From an uncultured Gemmatimonadales bacterium (GTDB lineage Bacteria > Gemmatimonadota > Gemmatimonadetes > Gemmatimonadales > Gemmatimonadaceae): 64,000 nt of DNA. The stretch is from positions 64,001-128,000 of the forward strand of contig CAWKNZ010000002.1 in NCBI GenBank assembly GCA_963851265.1, read 5' to 3'. Both the position numbers and the translations under genes were made by a program. The notes under the pieces were generated by a model. That model searched no databases, was not told where the DNA came from, and worked only from the letters and a program-made list of their open reading frames with translations. Positions 29,193 to 39,576 of this stretch are shown here, one piece after another (position 1 is the first letter of the stretch; the number at the start of each line of letters is the position of its first letter).

Positions 29193-30766
29193 GCAGCCCC
29201 CCGCGCGCGCGGCGCCGACGCGCCAAAGAGGCGCGTGCGCTGGGGCCACGCGCCGGTGCTCACCGCGAGCTGGCCCGAGGCGGCGAGCGCCACCGCGAGC
29301 ATCCCCTGTGTGGTCCACGACTGCGTGCCCATGTCGGCCCACGCCTGAATGAGGAACGCGACGAACGTGGCGAGCGCGCCGTACGCGACCGCCCGGTCGA
29401 GCGGCGACGCCGCGAACGCGCGGGCGCGGGCCGCGAGGAACACGCCGGTGGCGATCGGGAGCCAGAGCAGGGTGAAGCCCAAGAGCCCGCCGATGCTCCA
29501 CATCCACAGCACGCTGTTGTGCGCGATGTAGCGGTACTGCGGGAAGTACTTGGAAATGTCGTCCGCGTGGACGACCTCGACGTACTCGTGCCCCCACCCC
29601 GACCCGACGAGCGGGTTGCGCCGGAGCGTCGTGAGAAGGTTGTAGTTTTCGATGTCGCGCGTCTGGCTGGACGCGTCCTTTTGCGTCGCCACCGACATCA
29701 GCTTGGCGGCCGGCGCGAACAGCGATCCGGTGCGGTTGCGGCCGACGGCGACGTACAGGCCGACCACCGGGAGCGCGGCTAGCCCGGCGAGGGTGACGGA
29801 GCGCCGCGCGCGCCGCGGCAGGGTCGCGTAGAACATCACGGCCGCGCCGAGGAGCGTGACGTAGGCGGTGCGGCGGTTGTTGATGACGAGCCCGAACAGC
29901 GTCCACGCCGTGAGTGCGCCGGCGACGATGTAATGCCTGACGCTCGGCCGGTAGTAGGCCGCCGCGAGCCAGACGGCGAGCGAGACCACGAAGAGCACCG
30001 AGTCCGCGTGACTCGTGACCGTGGCCGGCACGATCCCGAGCGGGCGGGCGACGCGGAAGTAGTAGTAAGCGCCGATGAGGATCTTGGTGCACGACACCGC
30101 GGCCGCGATGCCGGCGAAGAGCGCCGCGTCACGCGCGCCGCGCATGGTCGCGCAGAGCAGCATCGCGAGCACCGGCATCCAGAGCAGCTGCCGGAACTGC
30201 CACAGCGATTGGCGCACGTCGCCGCCCCGTGCGACGCCCCACAGCTCCATCGCGAGCACCGCGGCGACGTTCAGGACGAGGGTGAGGACGAGCGGGCGCG
30301 CCGCCGGCACACGGCCCGCCGCGTCGGTGCGGTCGCCGGCGAGGGCGCGCACCGCGGCCAGCGCGACCAGCACCAACGCGAGCAACTCGAGACCCGAGAC
30401 GCGCGCCGCCTCCACGCCGACCAGCTTGTTGAGGTTCTCGACGAGGAGGAGCTGGAGCGGGTAGACCGGCGAGTGCCAGACCTCCGTGTCGTTAGGCAAG
30501 CGGCTCGGCGTGACGTCGGCCAGCATGGCGAGGGCGAGCGCGGCGAACAGCGGAACGCGCACGGGGAGCGTCGCCACCGCGTACGCGGCGGTGACGAGCA
30601 GGGCCGGAACCGCCGCGAGCAGCGGGTTCGCCGTCGTGAGCAGCACACCCGCGGACACGGCCACCGTGCCGCCCACGACGGCGACCAACACGTGATCGGC
30701 GCCCTCGCGGGGCGCCGACCAACGTCGGGGGGTGACGTCCCCGACGTACGCGGGGGCAGCGCTCAC
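29189..30766 (-). CDS. wzy: Wzy polymerase / O-antigen ligase family
   Basis: Many TM helices, NNRRTAY, R..EN...NPLVGSGWG, HNSVLW; GTGA overlap with the co-polymerase. Confidence 0.75.
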   Translation of the reverse strand: MSAAPAYVGDVTPRRWSAPREGADHVLVAVVGGTVAVSAGVLLTTANPLLAAVPALLVTAAYAVATLPVRVPLFAALALAMLADVTPSRLPNDTEVWHSPVYPLQLLLVENLNKLVGVEAARVSGLELLALVLVALAAVRALAGDRTDAAGRVPAARPLVLTLVLNVAAVLAMELWGVARGGDVRQSLWQFRQLLWMPVLAMLLCATMRGARDAALFAGIAAAVSCTKILIGAYYYFRVARPLGIVPATVTSHADSVLFVVSLAVWLAAAYYRPSVRHYIVAGALTAWTLFGLVINNRRTAYVTLLGAAVMFYATLPRRARRSVTLAGLAALPVVGLYVAVGRNRTGSLFAPAAKLMSVATQKDASSQTRDIENYNLLTTLRRNPLVGSGWGHEYVEVVHADDISKYFPQYRYIAHNSVLWMWSIGGLLGFTLLWLPIATGVFLAARARAFAASPLDRAVAYGALATFVAFLIQAWADMGTQSWTTQGMLAVALAASGQLAVSTGAWPQRTRLFGASAPRARGAA

Positions 30767-32331
30767 GGTCGGGGCGCCTCGCCGAGCACCGGCAGTCCGA
30801 CGAGCCGCGACACCTGCCACGCCTCGACGAGGCGCCCGCCGACGAGGTCCGCGGCGACGGCCGCGAACGCCGCGAGCAGGGCGGCGACGGCGAACCCGCC
30901 GACCAGGACGAGCGGTACGTTAGGCCGCGCGAGGTGCGTCGGGAGCTGCGCGGGCGTGATGACGGTATACCGGTACTTGAACGCCGCCTTGGCCGTTTCG
31001 AGTTCGATGCGCGCGGCCTCGAGCCGGTCGAGGAGGTCCTCGTAGTCGGCGACGGCGATCTTGAGGCGCGAGCGGGCGTACGTCAGCCGCGGGTCCTCGA
31101 GCGTGTCCACGGGCGCGGCAAGGCGCGCGAGGGCCGTGGTGGCGATGCTCGCCTCGGCCCCGGCGGGGCTCTGTACTGCGTCGGCGGCCGAGCCGCCGAC
31201 GGCGGCGACCTGCGACGCGAGCTGCCGTTCGGTGGCGCGGTGTACGGCTAGTTCGGGCGGCTCGGCGGCCAGCGCGGCGAGCGCCTGTTGGGTGTTCACC
31301 ACGTCGGGGTGCGCGGCGCCGTGCGTGAGGCGCAACTCGGCGAGGTGCGCCTTCAGGGCGCTGGCGCGCTGCGCGCGGTCGGATTCGGCGCTCGCGATGG
31401 TAGCGCGCTCGACGGCGAGGTCGCGCGAGAGGGCGGCGGCCGCCGGGTCGCTCCGGCGCCGCGACACTCCGCCCCACGCGGCCGGAGCCACGCGGACGAC
31501 CGGCGCGTGCGCGGCGGTCGGCGTCAGCTGTTTGACCTGCGAGAGCGCCGTGTCGATCTGCGCGTGCGCCTCGGCCACGTGTGACTCGAGGATCCCGATG
31601 CTCTCGCCGATGAGCGACTGCTCGGAGGCGTGCCGGGCTTCGAGGAAGTTGCGCTGCGCGGCCTGCACCAGCTGCAGCGCGAGGGCCGGGTCGGGGAAGT
31701 GCACGCCGATGCGGACGGTGCCCTCGTCCGTGGTCACCCAGAGCTGGTGCTCCAGGTACCCGACGATTTCCTTGCGGCGCTCGTCGGCCGGCATTTTTAC
31801 ACCAAGCGCTTCTTTTACGGCGTCCTTGATCCGCCCGGCGGGTGACCGCAGGCGCGGCCACGCCTGCTCCAGGCCGACCTCCCGCACGAGCGCGACGAGG
31901 TTGGCCTGGTTCAGTACCGCCTCGGCGGCCATGCGCGTCGGCGCGTCCGATTCGGCGGGCACGGCGCGGCGCGGATTGCCGAGCGCGGGCATCACGAAGT
32001 TGCGCTGCGCGAGGATGCTGGTTTCGACGTCGTACTGGCGCGGCGTGAGGCCGGCCGCGAGCACGGCGGCGGCCGAGACAGCGCCGAAGGCGCCCCACGC
32101 GAGCCGACGCCGGCGGCGCAGCGCGCGCCACGGGAATCCGAGCATCGCGCGGAGTTGGCCGACGTCGACCACCGGCGGTTCGGCGGCCTCGGGCTCCGGC
32201 CAGAACACGTCGGCCGAGGTGCGGCGGTGGACAACGGTCGACCCGCGTTGGGCGGGCGAATTGAAGGCGGGCGCCGGCGGCGTGTAGCTGGACGCGACGG
32301 AGCGCGCGGTGGCGCGTGGGAGGGACAGCAT
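30763..32331 (-). CDS. Polysaccharide co-polymerase (Wzz/GumC-like, no fused kinase)
   Basis: TM1 followed by PRQY, coiled periplasmic region with HPDV, YTVITPAQLP, TM2, LGLPVLG-like end. Confidence 0.8.
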   Translation of the reverse strand: MLSLPRATARSVASSYTPPAPAFNSPAQRGSTVVHRRTSADVFWPEPEAAEPPVVDVGQLRAMLGFPWRALRRRRRLAWGAFGAVSAAAVLAAGLTPRQYDVETSILAQRNFVMPALGNPRRAVPAESDAPTRMAAEAVLNQANLVALVREVGLEQAWPRLRSPAGRIKDAVKEALGVKMPADERRKEIVGYLEHQLWVTTDEGTVRIGVHFPDPALALQLVQAAQRNFLEARHASEQSLIGESIGILESHVAEAHAQIDTALSQVKQLTPTAAHAPVVRVAPAAWGGVSRRRSDPAAAALSRDLAVERATIASAESDRAQRASALKAHLAELRLTHGAAHPDVVNTQQALAALAAEPPELAVHRATERQLASQVAAVGGSAADAVQSPAGAEASIATTALARLAAPVDTLEDPRLTYARSRLKIAVADYEDLLDRLEAARIELETAKAAFKYRYTVITPAQLPTHLARPNVPLVLVGGFAVAALLAAFAAVAADLVGGRLVEAWQVSRLVGLPVLGEAPRP

Positions 32332-32366
32332 GGACGGGCCGGAAGGCGGCGGAAGGCGCGGGGCGC

Positions 32367-32537
32367 TCACCCGAGGTGGGGGAGCACGAAGAGGACGGCG
32401 ACGAGGTACGCCGCGTACGACGCGGCGACCCACGAGACCGCACGCCGGAGCGCGCGCGCCGGCGACGGGTGGCGTGCTGCGCGCATCGGGAGTACGACGG
32501 TGGCGACGAGCACCGAGATGAGCAGCAGCTTCCCCAC
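32367..32537 (-). CDS. 56-aa two-TM membrane protein (not in ORF track)
   Basis: Manual translation MGKLLLISVLVATVVLPMRAARHPSPARALRRAVSWVAASYAAYLVAVLFVLPHLG; GTG 5 nt after the OPX stop. Confidence 0.7.
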   Translation of the reverse strand: MGKLLLISVLVATVVLPMRAARHPSPARALRRAVSWVAASYAAYLVAVLFVLPHLG

Positions 32538-32542
32538 GGGCG

Positions 32543-33199
32543 TTACTCCGCGACGACGACGTCGCCGTCGCGCAGGCGGAACGACGCGGCCCGCGGCGAG
32601 CCGCCCGTGATGGCGCCGAAGGTGAAGCGGATGCGCACCGGCTCGGGCGCGCGACGCATGACGTAGATCCGGTCCGCGTGGGCGAATTCAGTCAGGCCGC
32701 CGGCGTTTGCGAGCGCTTCGGCAATCCCGCTCCCCTCGGTGAGGGCGAACGAGCCGGCGCGGACGACCTTGCCGAGGACGCTCACCGACACCGGCCGGCT
32801 CTCGTCGAGGGCGACGCTCACGCGCGGGGTGAGGACGAGGTTGGCCTGCCGCAGGCGCTGCTCGATATCGCCGGCCACCTGCGGCGGCGTGCGGCCGGCC
32901 ACGGGTACGTCGTTGAGCAGCGGGACGGTGATGCGGCCGTCGGCGCGGACCCGCGCGCGGGTCGAGATCTTGTCGTTGTCCCACACCTGAACGGCGAGCA
33001 TGTCGCCGGGTGAGACGACGTACTCGGCGGCGGCCGCGGGTGGCGCGTACTGGTCGGACCAGACGTAGCGGGGCGCCGACGCACACGCGCCCGCGGACGA
33101 CAGGCCGAACAGGAAGAAGGCGAGGCGGAAGAGGACGCGTCCGCGGCGCGAGACGGGCGGGATCATGGCGAACGACGGGTGAGGATCGTGAGGTGTCAC
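32543..33199 (-). CDS. Short OPX/Wza-like polysaccharide export lipoprotein
   Basis: Lipobox AGAC, YVVSPGD, VRADGRITVPLL, VSVLGKV, ALANAGG, ends LRDGDVVVAE without an OM-spanning helix. Confidence 0.88.
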   Translation of the reverse strand: MTPHDPHPSFAMIPPVSRRGRVLFRLAFFLFGLSSAGACASAPRYVWSDQYAPPAAAAEYVVSPGDMLAVQVWDNDKISTRARVRADGRITVPLLNDVPVAGRTPPQVAGDIEQRLRQANLVLTPRVSVALDESRPVSVSVLGKVVRAGSFALTEGSGIAEALANAGGLTEFAHADRIYVMRRAPEPVRIRFTFGAITGGSPRAASFRLRDGDVVVAE

Positions 33200-33212
33200 G
33201 GGGCGGGTGTTG

Positions 33213-34427
33213 TCACCACGCGCCGGTGTAGCCGGCGGTAACGCCGATGTTCTGCGAGCGGACGGTCGGGTCCTGCGTGCGGCTGCGGCGCGAGGCGCCC
33301 GCGCCGGCCCAGAACCCGGCGGCGATCGGGCGGCGCACGTCGGCGAACGAGGCGTTGGTCACGGTGCGGGGGCCGGGGCTCGTCGGCACGCGGCTCCAAG
33401 CCTGCAGAACGCCGAGGCGGACGAGCATGCCGCCGGGGGCGACGCGGCTGTACGCCGCCTCGGCCTGGTCGGTGGCGAGCACCTCGCCGACGCCGAGCAG
33501 CGGGGTGACGTCGCGCACGACGCGGACGGTCCACGCGGCGCCTAACGCTGACGCGCCGAGCTCCGCGCTGCCCGCCGGTGCGAGCGTCGGGGCGCGCCCG
33601 GGCGTGGTGTACGCGCCCGCGCCGGCGCGCAGGCGCAGCTGCGCGGCGCCGAACACGCGCGCGTCCCAGCCGAGCGCGGCCGATTCGGCGCTCAGCACGC
33701 TACCGCCCGTCTGTGTGCGGTGGCCCTCGAGCGTGACGCTCACGGCGGTGGCGCTCGCGAGCTGGCGCACGACGCTCAGCCGAGCGCGCGCGCTCGTACC
33801 GCTCGCGAGCGCGCTCGCGTCGTAGCGGATGCGGTCCAAACCCGCGTCGGCCGTGACCGTCGTCAGCTCGGTCGTGCGGTACGCGGCCGTGGCCTGCGCC
33901 GTGTAGGTGCGGGAGAGCGAGAGTGGCAGGAGGGGGAGCACGCCGCTCGCCGCGGCGGGCGCGCCCGGCGCGGGCCCGCCGGCGTCCGGGGCGTCGGTCG
34001 CCGCGGACCCGGTCGCGAAGCCCGAGCCCGCGGCGACGTCGCGCGACAGGCTGGTGCGCGCGGCGGCGCCCGCCCGCACGTCGAGCCGTGGCGTTAGGCG
34101 TGCGTCGGCGGCCGCCGACGCGCCGTACGTCGAGCGCGAGAGGTCGGGCGCGCCCTGAAACCGCTGCAGCTCGCCGTCCGCGGTCGCGGTGACGACCGCG
34201 CGGGCCGACCGGCGGGCGAGGGAGACTCCGACGCGCGCGCGCGATAGGACGTCGGCGCTGTCCGCGGCCGACTGGAAGCGCGGATTGCTGACGACCCCGG
34301 TCTCGCCCTCGGCCGTGAGGCCGACGCCGAGCGCGCGCGGCTGCGCCGCCGCGCGGGCGCCGGGTACGCCCGCGGCGAGCACGCCGGCGGCGACGGCGCG
34401 CGCGCCTGCGCGCGGCAAGGCGCGCAC
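33213..34427 (-). CDS. Outer-membrane beta-barrel protein, probable OPX partner
   Basis: Signal peptide, alternating amphipathic strands, C-terminal Trp (GVTAGYTGAW); directly upstream of the short OPX. Confidence 0.65.
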   Translation of the reverse strand: MRALPRAGARAVAAGVLAAGVPGARAAAQPRALGVGLTAEGETGVVSNPRFQSAADSADVLSRARVGVSLARRSARAVVTATADGELQRFQGAPDLSRSTYGASAAADARLTPRLDVRAGAAARTSLSRDVAAGSGFATGSAATDAPDAGGPAPGAPAAASGVLPLLPLSLSRTYTAQATAAYRTTELTTVTADAGLDRIRYDASALASGTSARARLSVVRQLASATAVSVTLEGHRTQTGGSVLSAESAALGWDARVFGAAQLRLRAGAGAYTTPGRAPTLAPAGSAELGASALGAAWTVRVVRDVTPLLGVGEVLATDQAEAAYSRVAPGGMLVRLGVLQAWSRVPTSPGPRTVTNASFADVRRPIAAGFWAGAGASRRSRTQDPTVRSQNIGVTAGYTGAW

Positions 34428-34428
34428 G

Positions 34429-36279
34429 TCAACGACCCTCGGCAGCGCCGGCGCTCGCGCGGGGCGCGGACGGCAGCGGCGGGCGGCCGGAGCCGGCGTC
34501 CTGGCGGACCGCCGCCTGGGGGCGCGTCGCCGTACCGCCGGAGGGCGTGTGCCCGCGCACGCCGGGCAGGATGCGCTCCAGCGCGGTCGGGTACTTGCCG
34601 CCGAACGTCAGGATCGTCGCCGCGAGGATCCGGAAGTCCACCGCGGCCGAGGCGTGGCGCACGTAGAGCAGGTCGTAGTGGATCCACTGGTGGAAGTCGC
34701 CGGTGCTGCGGTCCCGGCGGCACACCTGCCACAGTCCGGTGATGCCGGGGCGCACGGACAGGCGTCCGTGGCGCCACGGGATGCAGATCTGGTTCTCGCG
34801 GAACGGCGACGGGCGCGGGCCGACGAAGCTCATCTCGCCGCGCACGACGTTCCAGAGCTGTGGCAGCTCGTCGACGTTGAGCCGGCGCAACCAGGAGCCG
34901 ACGCGCGTCACGCGCGGGTCGCGGTCCATCTTGAACTGCGGGCCGTCCAGCTGCTGCGCGGCGGCGAGCGCCTTCTGCAGGGCGTCGGCGTCGGGCCGCA
35001 TGCTGCGGAACTTCCAGCAGCGGAACGCGACGCCGTCACGCCCTTCGCGCCGGTCGCCGTAGAAGATCGGGAAGCCCGAGTCGAGCGCGACGAGCACCGC
35101 GCACACGAGCATGACCGGCGAGAGGAGTACGAGGGCGGCGAGCGCCAGCACGGGTTCGACGGCCGTCTTGACCCGCGGGTAGGATGACGCGCGCGCCGGT
35201 GCGGACGGCGCCGGCGTGCCGCCGCGCGTCTCGCGCCGCTGTCCCTGCCCGCTCGGCACGAAGCCGCGCCCCGACTCGTCGCTGGCGACCACGCGGTGGC
35301 GCACCGTGGCGCCGCTCGCGACGCGGGCGCCGTCGGTGAGCAGGCACTGGGCGATGGTGGCGCCGCTCTCGACGTGCGCCCCGCGCGCGAGCAGCGCCGG
35401 GCCGACGACGAGCGCGCCTGCCTCGACGTGCACGTCGGCGGCGACCACCACCGGCCCGACGAAGCGCGCCGACGGATCGATGTGAACGCCACCGCCGACG
35501 ACGAGCGGGCCTTCGGTGACGCCGGCGACGTCGGACGTGCCGTCGCGACGCGGGGCGCCGCGACGCTCACCCCGCGCGTCGTCGACGAGCTGCACGATCC
35601 GTCGTTCGGCGAGTGCGAGCGCGCCGGCTTCGTCGCTCAGGTCGACGAGGCGGCCGTGGTAGGTCACGTCCTGGCTCGGCACGCCCTGCGCGGCGAGCGA
35701 CGCGCGCACCGCGGTGAGCGACGTCCACTCGGCGTCGCCGGCGACGAGCACGCAGGAGACCGGGACGCACGATGCGACGATGCCCGCGGGGAACGGCCAG
35801 GTGACGGGCTCGAAGTAGCGCTGCACGCGCCGGAGGCGGCCGTCGACGCCGGGCTGCACGAATTCCTTCGCGCCTAACGGAGCGGTTTCGAAGGCGAGCA
35901 GGTGCCGCAGCATGCGCGAGTCGCGCACGCGCGCCTCGACGAGCGGTCGCAGGTCGATGCCGTCGAGCGGGTAGCAGTCGGCCGCGACGATGAGCAGCGT
36001 GTCGGACGGGTCGAAGCGCGACAGCGGGTCGCGGAAGACCTCCGCGCCGACGACCGCGGCCAGTTGGGGCGCGGTGCGGCGCACCGCGGCGAGGTACCGC
36101 GGGCCCGCGTCGAAGCGCGGGAGCAGCAGCGGGGCGTGCTGCGTCACGTCGGACACGCGTTCCATGACTTCCTCAAGCACGGTGCCCGTGCCCGTCGGAA
36201 GCAGGAGGAGTGACGAGGCGCGATCGCCTTCGCCCACGTAGGGGAGACGCGCGTCGAGCAGGAGCGGGATGATGCGCAC
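34429..36279 (-). CDS. Priming sugar-phosphate transferase fused to nucleotidyltransferase-like and LbH domains
   Basis: C-terminal [51 protein letters not shown]; hexapeptide repeats in the middle. Confidence 0.85.
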   Translation of the reverse strand: MRIIPLLLDARLPYVGEGDRASSLLLLPTGTGTVLEEVMERVSDVTQHAPLLLPRFDAGPRYLAAVRRTAPQLAAVVGAEVFRDPLSRFDPSDTLLIVAADCYPLDGIDLRPLVEARVRDSRMLRHLLAFETAPLGAKEFVQPGVDGRLRRVQRYFEPVTWPFPAGIVASCVPVSCVLVAGDAEWTSLTAVRASLAAQGVPSQDVTYHGRLVDLSDEAGALALAERRIVQLVDDARGERRGAPRRDGTSDVAGVTEGPLVVGGGVHIDPSARFVGPVVVAADVHVEAGALVVGPALLARGAHVESGATIAQCLLTDGARVASGATVRHRVVASDESGRGFVPSGQGQRRETRGGTPAPSAPARASSYPRVKTAVEPVLALAALVLLSPVMLVCAVLVALDSGFPIFYGDRREGRDGVAFRCWKFRSMRPDADALQKALAAAQQLDGPQFKMDRDPRVTRVGSWLRRLNVDELPQLWNVVRGEMSFVGPRPSPFRENQICIPWRHGRLSVRPGITGLWQVCRRDRSTGDFHQWIHYDLLYVRHASAAVDFRILAATILTFGGKYPTALERILPGVRGHTPSGGTATRPQAAVRQDAGSGRPPLPSAPRASAGAAEGR

Positions 36280-36293
36280 GGTCGGGCTGGTCC

Positions 36294-37439
36294 TCAGCCG
36301 GTGACGCGGCCGGGCACGAGCGGCCCCGGAAAGAGCGTGAAGTCGCGCGGGGCGCGCACCTGATCGCGGTCGTGCGTGGCGTGCTCGGGCGTCGTGAGGG
36401 CGTCGGTGGGCTGCACCGTCGCATCGACCACCTCGACGACGCTCATGAGGCGTTCGCCGGGCGCGATGACGACCGCGTGCGCGAGGAGCGACGCGTCAAC
36501 GAGAGCGCCCGCCCCGACGCAGCACCGCTCCCAGACGGTCGAGCGCGCCACGACGGCGCCGGCCTCGACGGTCGAGCGCGCGCCGATGCTGACCGGGCCG
36601 ACGATGACGGCGTCGGGCCCGACGGACGCGCCCGGTCCGATGATCACGGGGCCGATGAGGCGTGCGCTCGGATCGACCGTGGCCGTCGGGTGGCGGAGTC
36701 CGTCACCGACCGGCACGTAATCGCGGAAGTCGACGCGTTGCGCCGCGGTGGCGATGAGCCAGCCGCTGACCGCGGCGTAGCTGGCGTAATCGAGGACGCG
36801 CGGCGAGAGGCCGCGCATCTCGTGGACGTGCACGCGCTCGCCGGCGGCGTAGAGGCGTTCGAGGAGCCCCTGCTTGATGTCCTGGAAGCCGAGCGCCGGG
36901 ACGCTCTCGAGCACGTGACGCTCGAACACGTAGATGCCGCCCGGCGCGCCGCGGCGGGGCGCACCCACGGCCGCTCGCCGCCGGTCGACTTCGACCACCG
37001 TCGTCGCGGCCGCGCCGGTGCGCCAGTGGGTGGCGAGGAGCGCGGCGAGATCGATCGACGGAATCATCGCACCCTCGACCAACACGTACGTGCTCGCGGG
37101 CGTCAGTTCGGCGGCGTCGCGCGCGCAGCCGGCGGGCCCACGCGGCTGGGTGTCGACGTGGTACGAGAGTGCCATCCCGAGTGCGGCGCCGTGGCCGAGT
37201 GCTTGCTCGACCATCGGGGTCGAGCTGTTGGCGCAGATGGTCGCCGCGGAAACGCCGCCGTCGCGCAACCAGGCGAGCGGGTACGTGATGAGGGGGCGTT
37301 GCGCGACGGGGAGCAGTGGGCCGCGCAGCAGGCGTTCGAACGCGCCCTCACCCCAGTAGTAGGACCCGGCGAGCACGACGCCGTGGACCGATCGCGCCTC
37401 GAACGGCGCATCGGATGCGGGGTGGTGGTCGGTGGTCAC
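36294..37439 (-). CDS. NDP-sugar pyrophosphorylase-like protein with LbH domain (degenerate motif)
   Basis: GVVLAGS, PLLPVAQRPLI, PRGPAGC, GIYVF, LbH C-terminus; lacks GGxGTRL. Confidence 0.75.
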   Translation of the reverse strand: MTTDHHPASDAPFEARSVHGVVLAGSYYWGEGAFERLLRGPLLPVAQRPLITYPLAWLRDGGVSAATICANSSTPMVEQALGHGAALGMALSYHVDTQPRGPAGCARDAAELTPASTYVLVEGAMIPSIDLAALLATHWRTGAAATTVVEVDRRRAAVGAPRRGAPGGIYVFERHVLESVPALGFQDIKQGLLERLYAAGERVHVHEMRGLSPRVLDYASYAAVSGWLIATAAQRVDFRDYVPVGDGLRHPTATVDPSARLIGPVIIGPGASVGPDAVIVGPVSIGARSTVEAGAVVARSTVWERCCVGAGALVDASLLAHAVVIAPGERLMSVVEVVDATVQPTDALTTPEHATHDRDQVRAPRDFTLFPGPLVPGRVTG

Positions 37440-37863
37440 GGCGCGTGGGCGGAAGGAGGGGAGAGGGCGGCGGGGTACATCGGGGAGGGTCGGCGCGAGC
37501 GGGCCGGGAGGTGAGCAACGGCGCCAGCTCGTCGGTGAAGCATTCCTCGCACGTCGCGTCGAAATAGCGGGCCGACGACGCCGGCACGGGGCGGCTGCCC
37601 AACGCGCATGATGCGGGTCGAGCCACTCGCCCGCGTTTCTGGCGAGCAGCGGGGCGTTGCAGGCGATCGCCTCGTGCTAGGCGAACCCCGCGGGGCCCGA
37701 GCCCGCACACGTGAAGGACGCCCCGCGCACGGGCGGGCAACGCGCGTCGTCGGGCGAGGGCACTGCGGCGGACTACGCGCCGTCGGCGGCGTCACCGAAG
37801 ACGGGCGTGGAGACTACGCGGGAGATCCCACGCGTGGCCTCGTCATCGGCCGCGGCGGACGCG

Positions 37864-39576
37864 TCAGATGTGCACGGCCTCCGCACTGGCGCGCCGCGGA
37901 CGAACCGTGACCGCGGCGGCGGCGACCACGCTGAGCGGCGGGGCGGAGCGCATGAGCACCGCATTCGCCGAGACCTTCGTTCCGCGCCCGACCGTGATGG
38001 GCCCGAGGAGCGCGGCGCCTGGCCCCACGTGGACGTCGGCTTCGAGTGCGGGGGCGCCGATGCCGTGTCCGTCGGGGTGCATGCTTTCGCCGAGGGTGAC
38101 GTGTTGGAACAGGATGCAGCCCGGTCCGACGCGCGCGCCGTGACCGATGACGAGGCCGGTGCCGTGGACGAGCACGACGCCGGGCGCGAGGTCCGCATCC
38201 CAATGCAGCTCAGCGCCGTAGACGTGGCGGATGAGTCGCGAGGCGATCTTGGCGGGTAGCATCAGGCCGAGTGCCCGCAGCAGGCGCATGGCGCGGTAGG
38301 CGGCCATCATCTGCAGGCCGATGCGCTGGACGAGGTCGGAGAGGAGACCGGTCGACCTGACCTCGCTCGCCGCGCCGTCGTGCGAGACGGACCGGTACTT
38401 GACGTCGGTTCGGTGCAGCGCTTCGTGATCGGCGCACGTGTCGGCGACGCACTTGAGCACGCGGCCGAGTGGCGGGAGCGCGTCGTCGCGCACCGCGTTG
38501 AGGTACCGGCGCAGTCCGCTGCAGGCTGCGCGTCGGCTGCCCGCGCCGGCGCGCACGCCGGCGAAGTACTGCAGGCCGTAGGCGAGGGTCACCGCCGCGA
38601 GCGCGAGGCGCTCGGCGCCGAGAGTGGCGAGCGCGGTCGCGACGCCGGCGATCGCCCAGGCGAGCGGGCGGGCGACTGCCGGCGCCAGCGCCGCGAGGAG
38701 CATCAGCGGGCGCGAGACCGGGTTGACGGCGAAGAGGAACCGCCACGGGTTGGTGTCGGGGCGTCCGCCGTGCTTGGTCGAGACGCGCAGGTCGGCGGCA
38801 CCGTAGGCCGCCGAGCGCCGCATCCACTTCGCGAGGCTCGTGTGGTCGGACGCGTGCCAGCCCACGGCGGCGTCGCTCAGCACGATCTCGGCGCCGGCGC
38901 GGTCGAGCCGCATCCCGAGCTCCGCGTCTTCCGACAGACGGAGCGAACGGTCGAAGCCGCCGACCGCTTCATACGCCGCTCGACGCATCGACACGTTGCC
39001 GGTGTAGACGTTGCTCCCCACCGGACGTTGCACGCCCCGCGCGACGTCCGCCGCGAGCCGATCGAGCGTGGCGAGGTGGAAGCGCTCGAACAGCGGGAGT
39101 GGCGTGTCGGGCTCGGGGCGCAGGCGTCCGAGCACCACGCGGCCGGGTCCGGGCGTGGGGAAGTCGTCGTGCGCGGCGCCGTGCGCCTCGGCGTGCGCTT
39201 CGAGGAAGTCGCGTCCGATGCGAACGTCGTCGTCGACGATCACGAGGAGCGTGCCGCGGGCGAGGGTGGCGGCGTGGTGCCGCGCGGCGCCCGGACCGGC
39301 GTTAGGCTGCGCCACGACGCGCAGGCGGTACGGTACGCCGTCCGGCGCGAGGAGCGGCGCGAGCGCGTCGCGTACCGGGGGAGTCGATCCGTCGTCGACG
39401 ACGATCACCTCGAAGCGGTCGGGCGCGAGCGTCTGTTCGGCGAGCTGGGCGAGCAGCCGCGCGACCGAGCGGGGCCGGTTGTACGTGGCGACGATCACGC
39501 TCACGAGGTACGCGTCGGTCGCGACCGCCGGCTCGGCCGGCTCGGCGAGCCGCACGGGCTGCAGCACGGCGCTCAT
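37864..39576 (-). CDS. GT2 glycosyltransferase fused to serine-acetyltransferase-like LbH domain
   Basis: SVIVATYNR, VVDDGS, IVDDD, GGFD, SEDAELG; C-terminal GAELH, VHGTGLVIG, QHVTLG, GPITVG. Confidence 0.85.
   Translation of the reverse strand: MSAVLQPVRLAEPAEPAVATDAYLVSVIVATYNRPRSVARLLAQLAEQTLAPDRFEVIVVDDGSTPPVRDALAPLLAPDGVPYRLRVVAQPNAGPGAARHHAATLARGTLLVIVDDDVRIGRDFLEAHAEAHGAAHDDFPTPGPGRVVLGRLRPEPDTPLPLFERFHLATLDRLAADVARGVQRPVGSNVYTGNVSMRRAAYEAVGGFDRSLRLSEDAELGMRLDRAGAEIVLSDAAVGWHASDHTSLAKWMRRSAAYGAADLRVSTKHGGRPDTNPWRFLFAVNPVSRPLMLLAALAPAVARPLAWAIAGVATALATLGAERLALAAVTLAYGLQYFAGVRAGAGSRRAACSGLRRYLNAVRDDALPPLGRVLKCVADTCADHEALHRTDVKYRSVSHDGAASEVRSTGLLSDLVQRIGLQMMAAYRAMRLLRALGLMLPAKIASRLIRHVYGAELHWDADLAPGVVLVHGTGLVIGHGARVGPGCILFQHVTLGESMHPDGHGIGAPALEADVHVGPGAALLGPITVGRGTKVSANAVLMRSAPPLSVVAAAAVTVRPRRASAEAVHI

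Noticed and set aside
37440..37863. Sigma-54 promoter or riboswitch ahead of the EPS operon
   Set aside because: The TGGC...TTGCA seen has wrong spacing and strand; no riboswitch consensus recognised by eye
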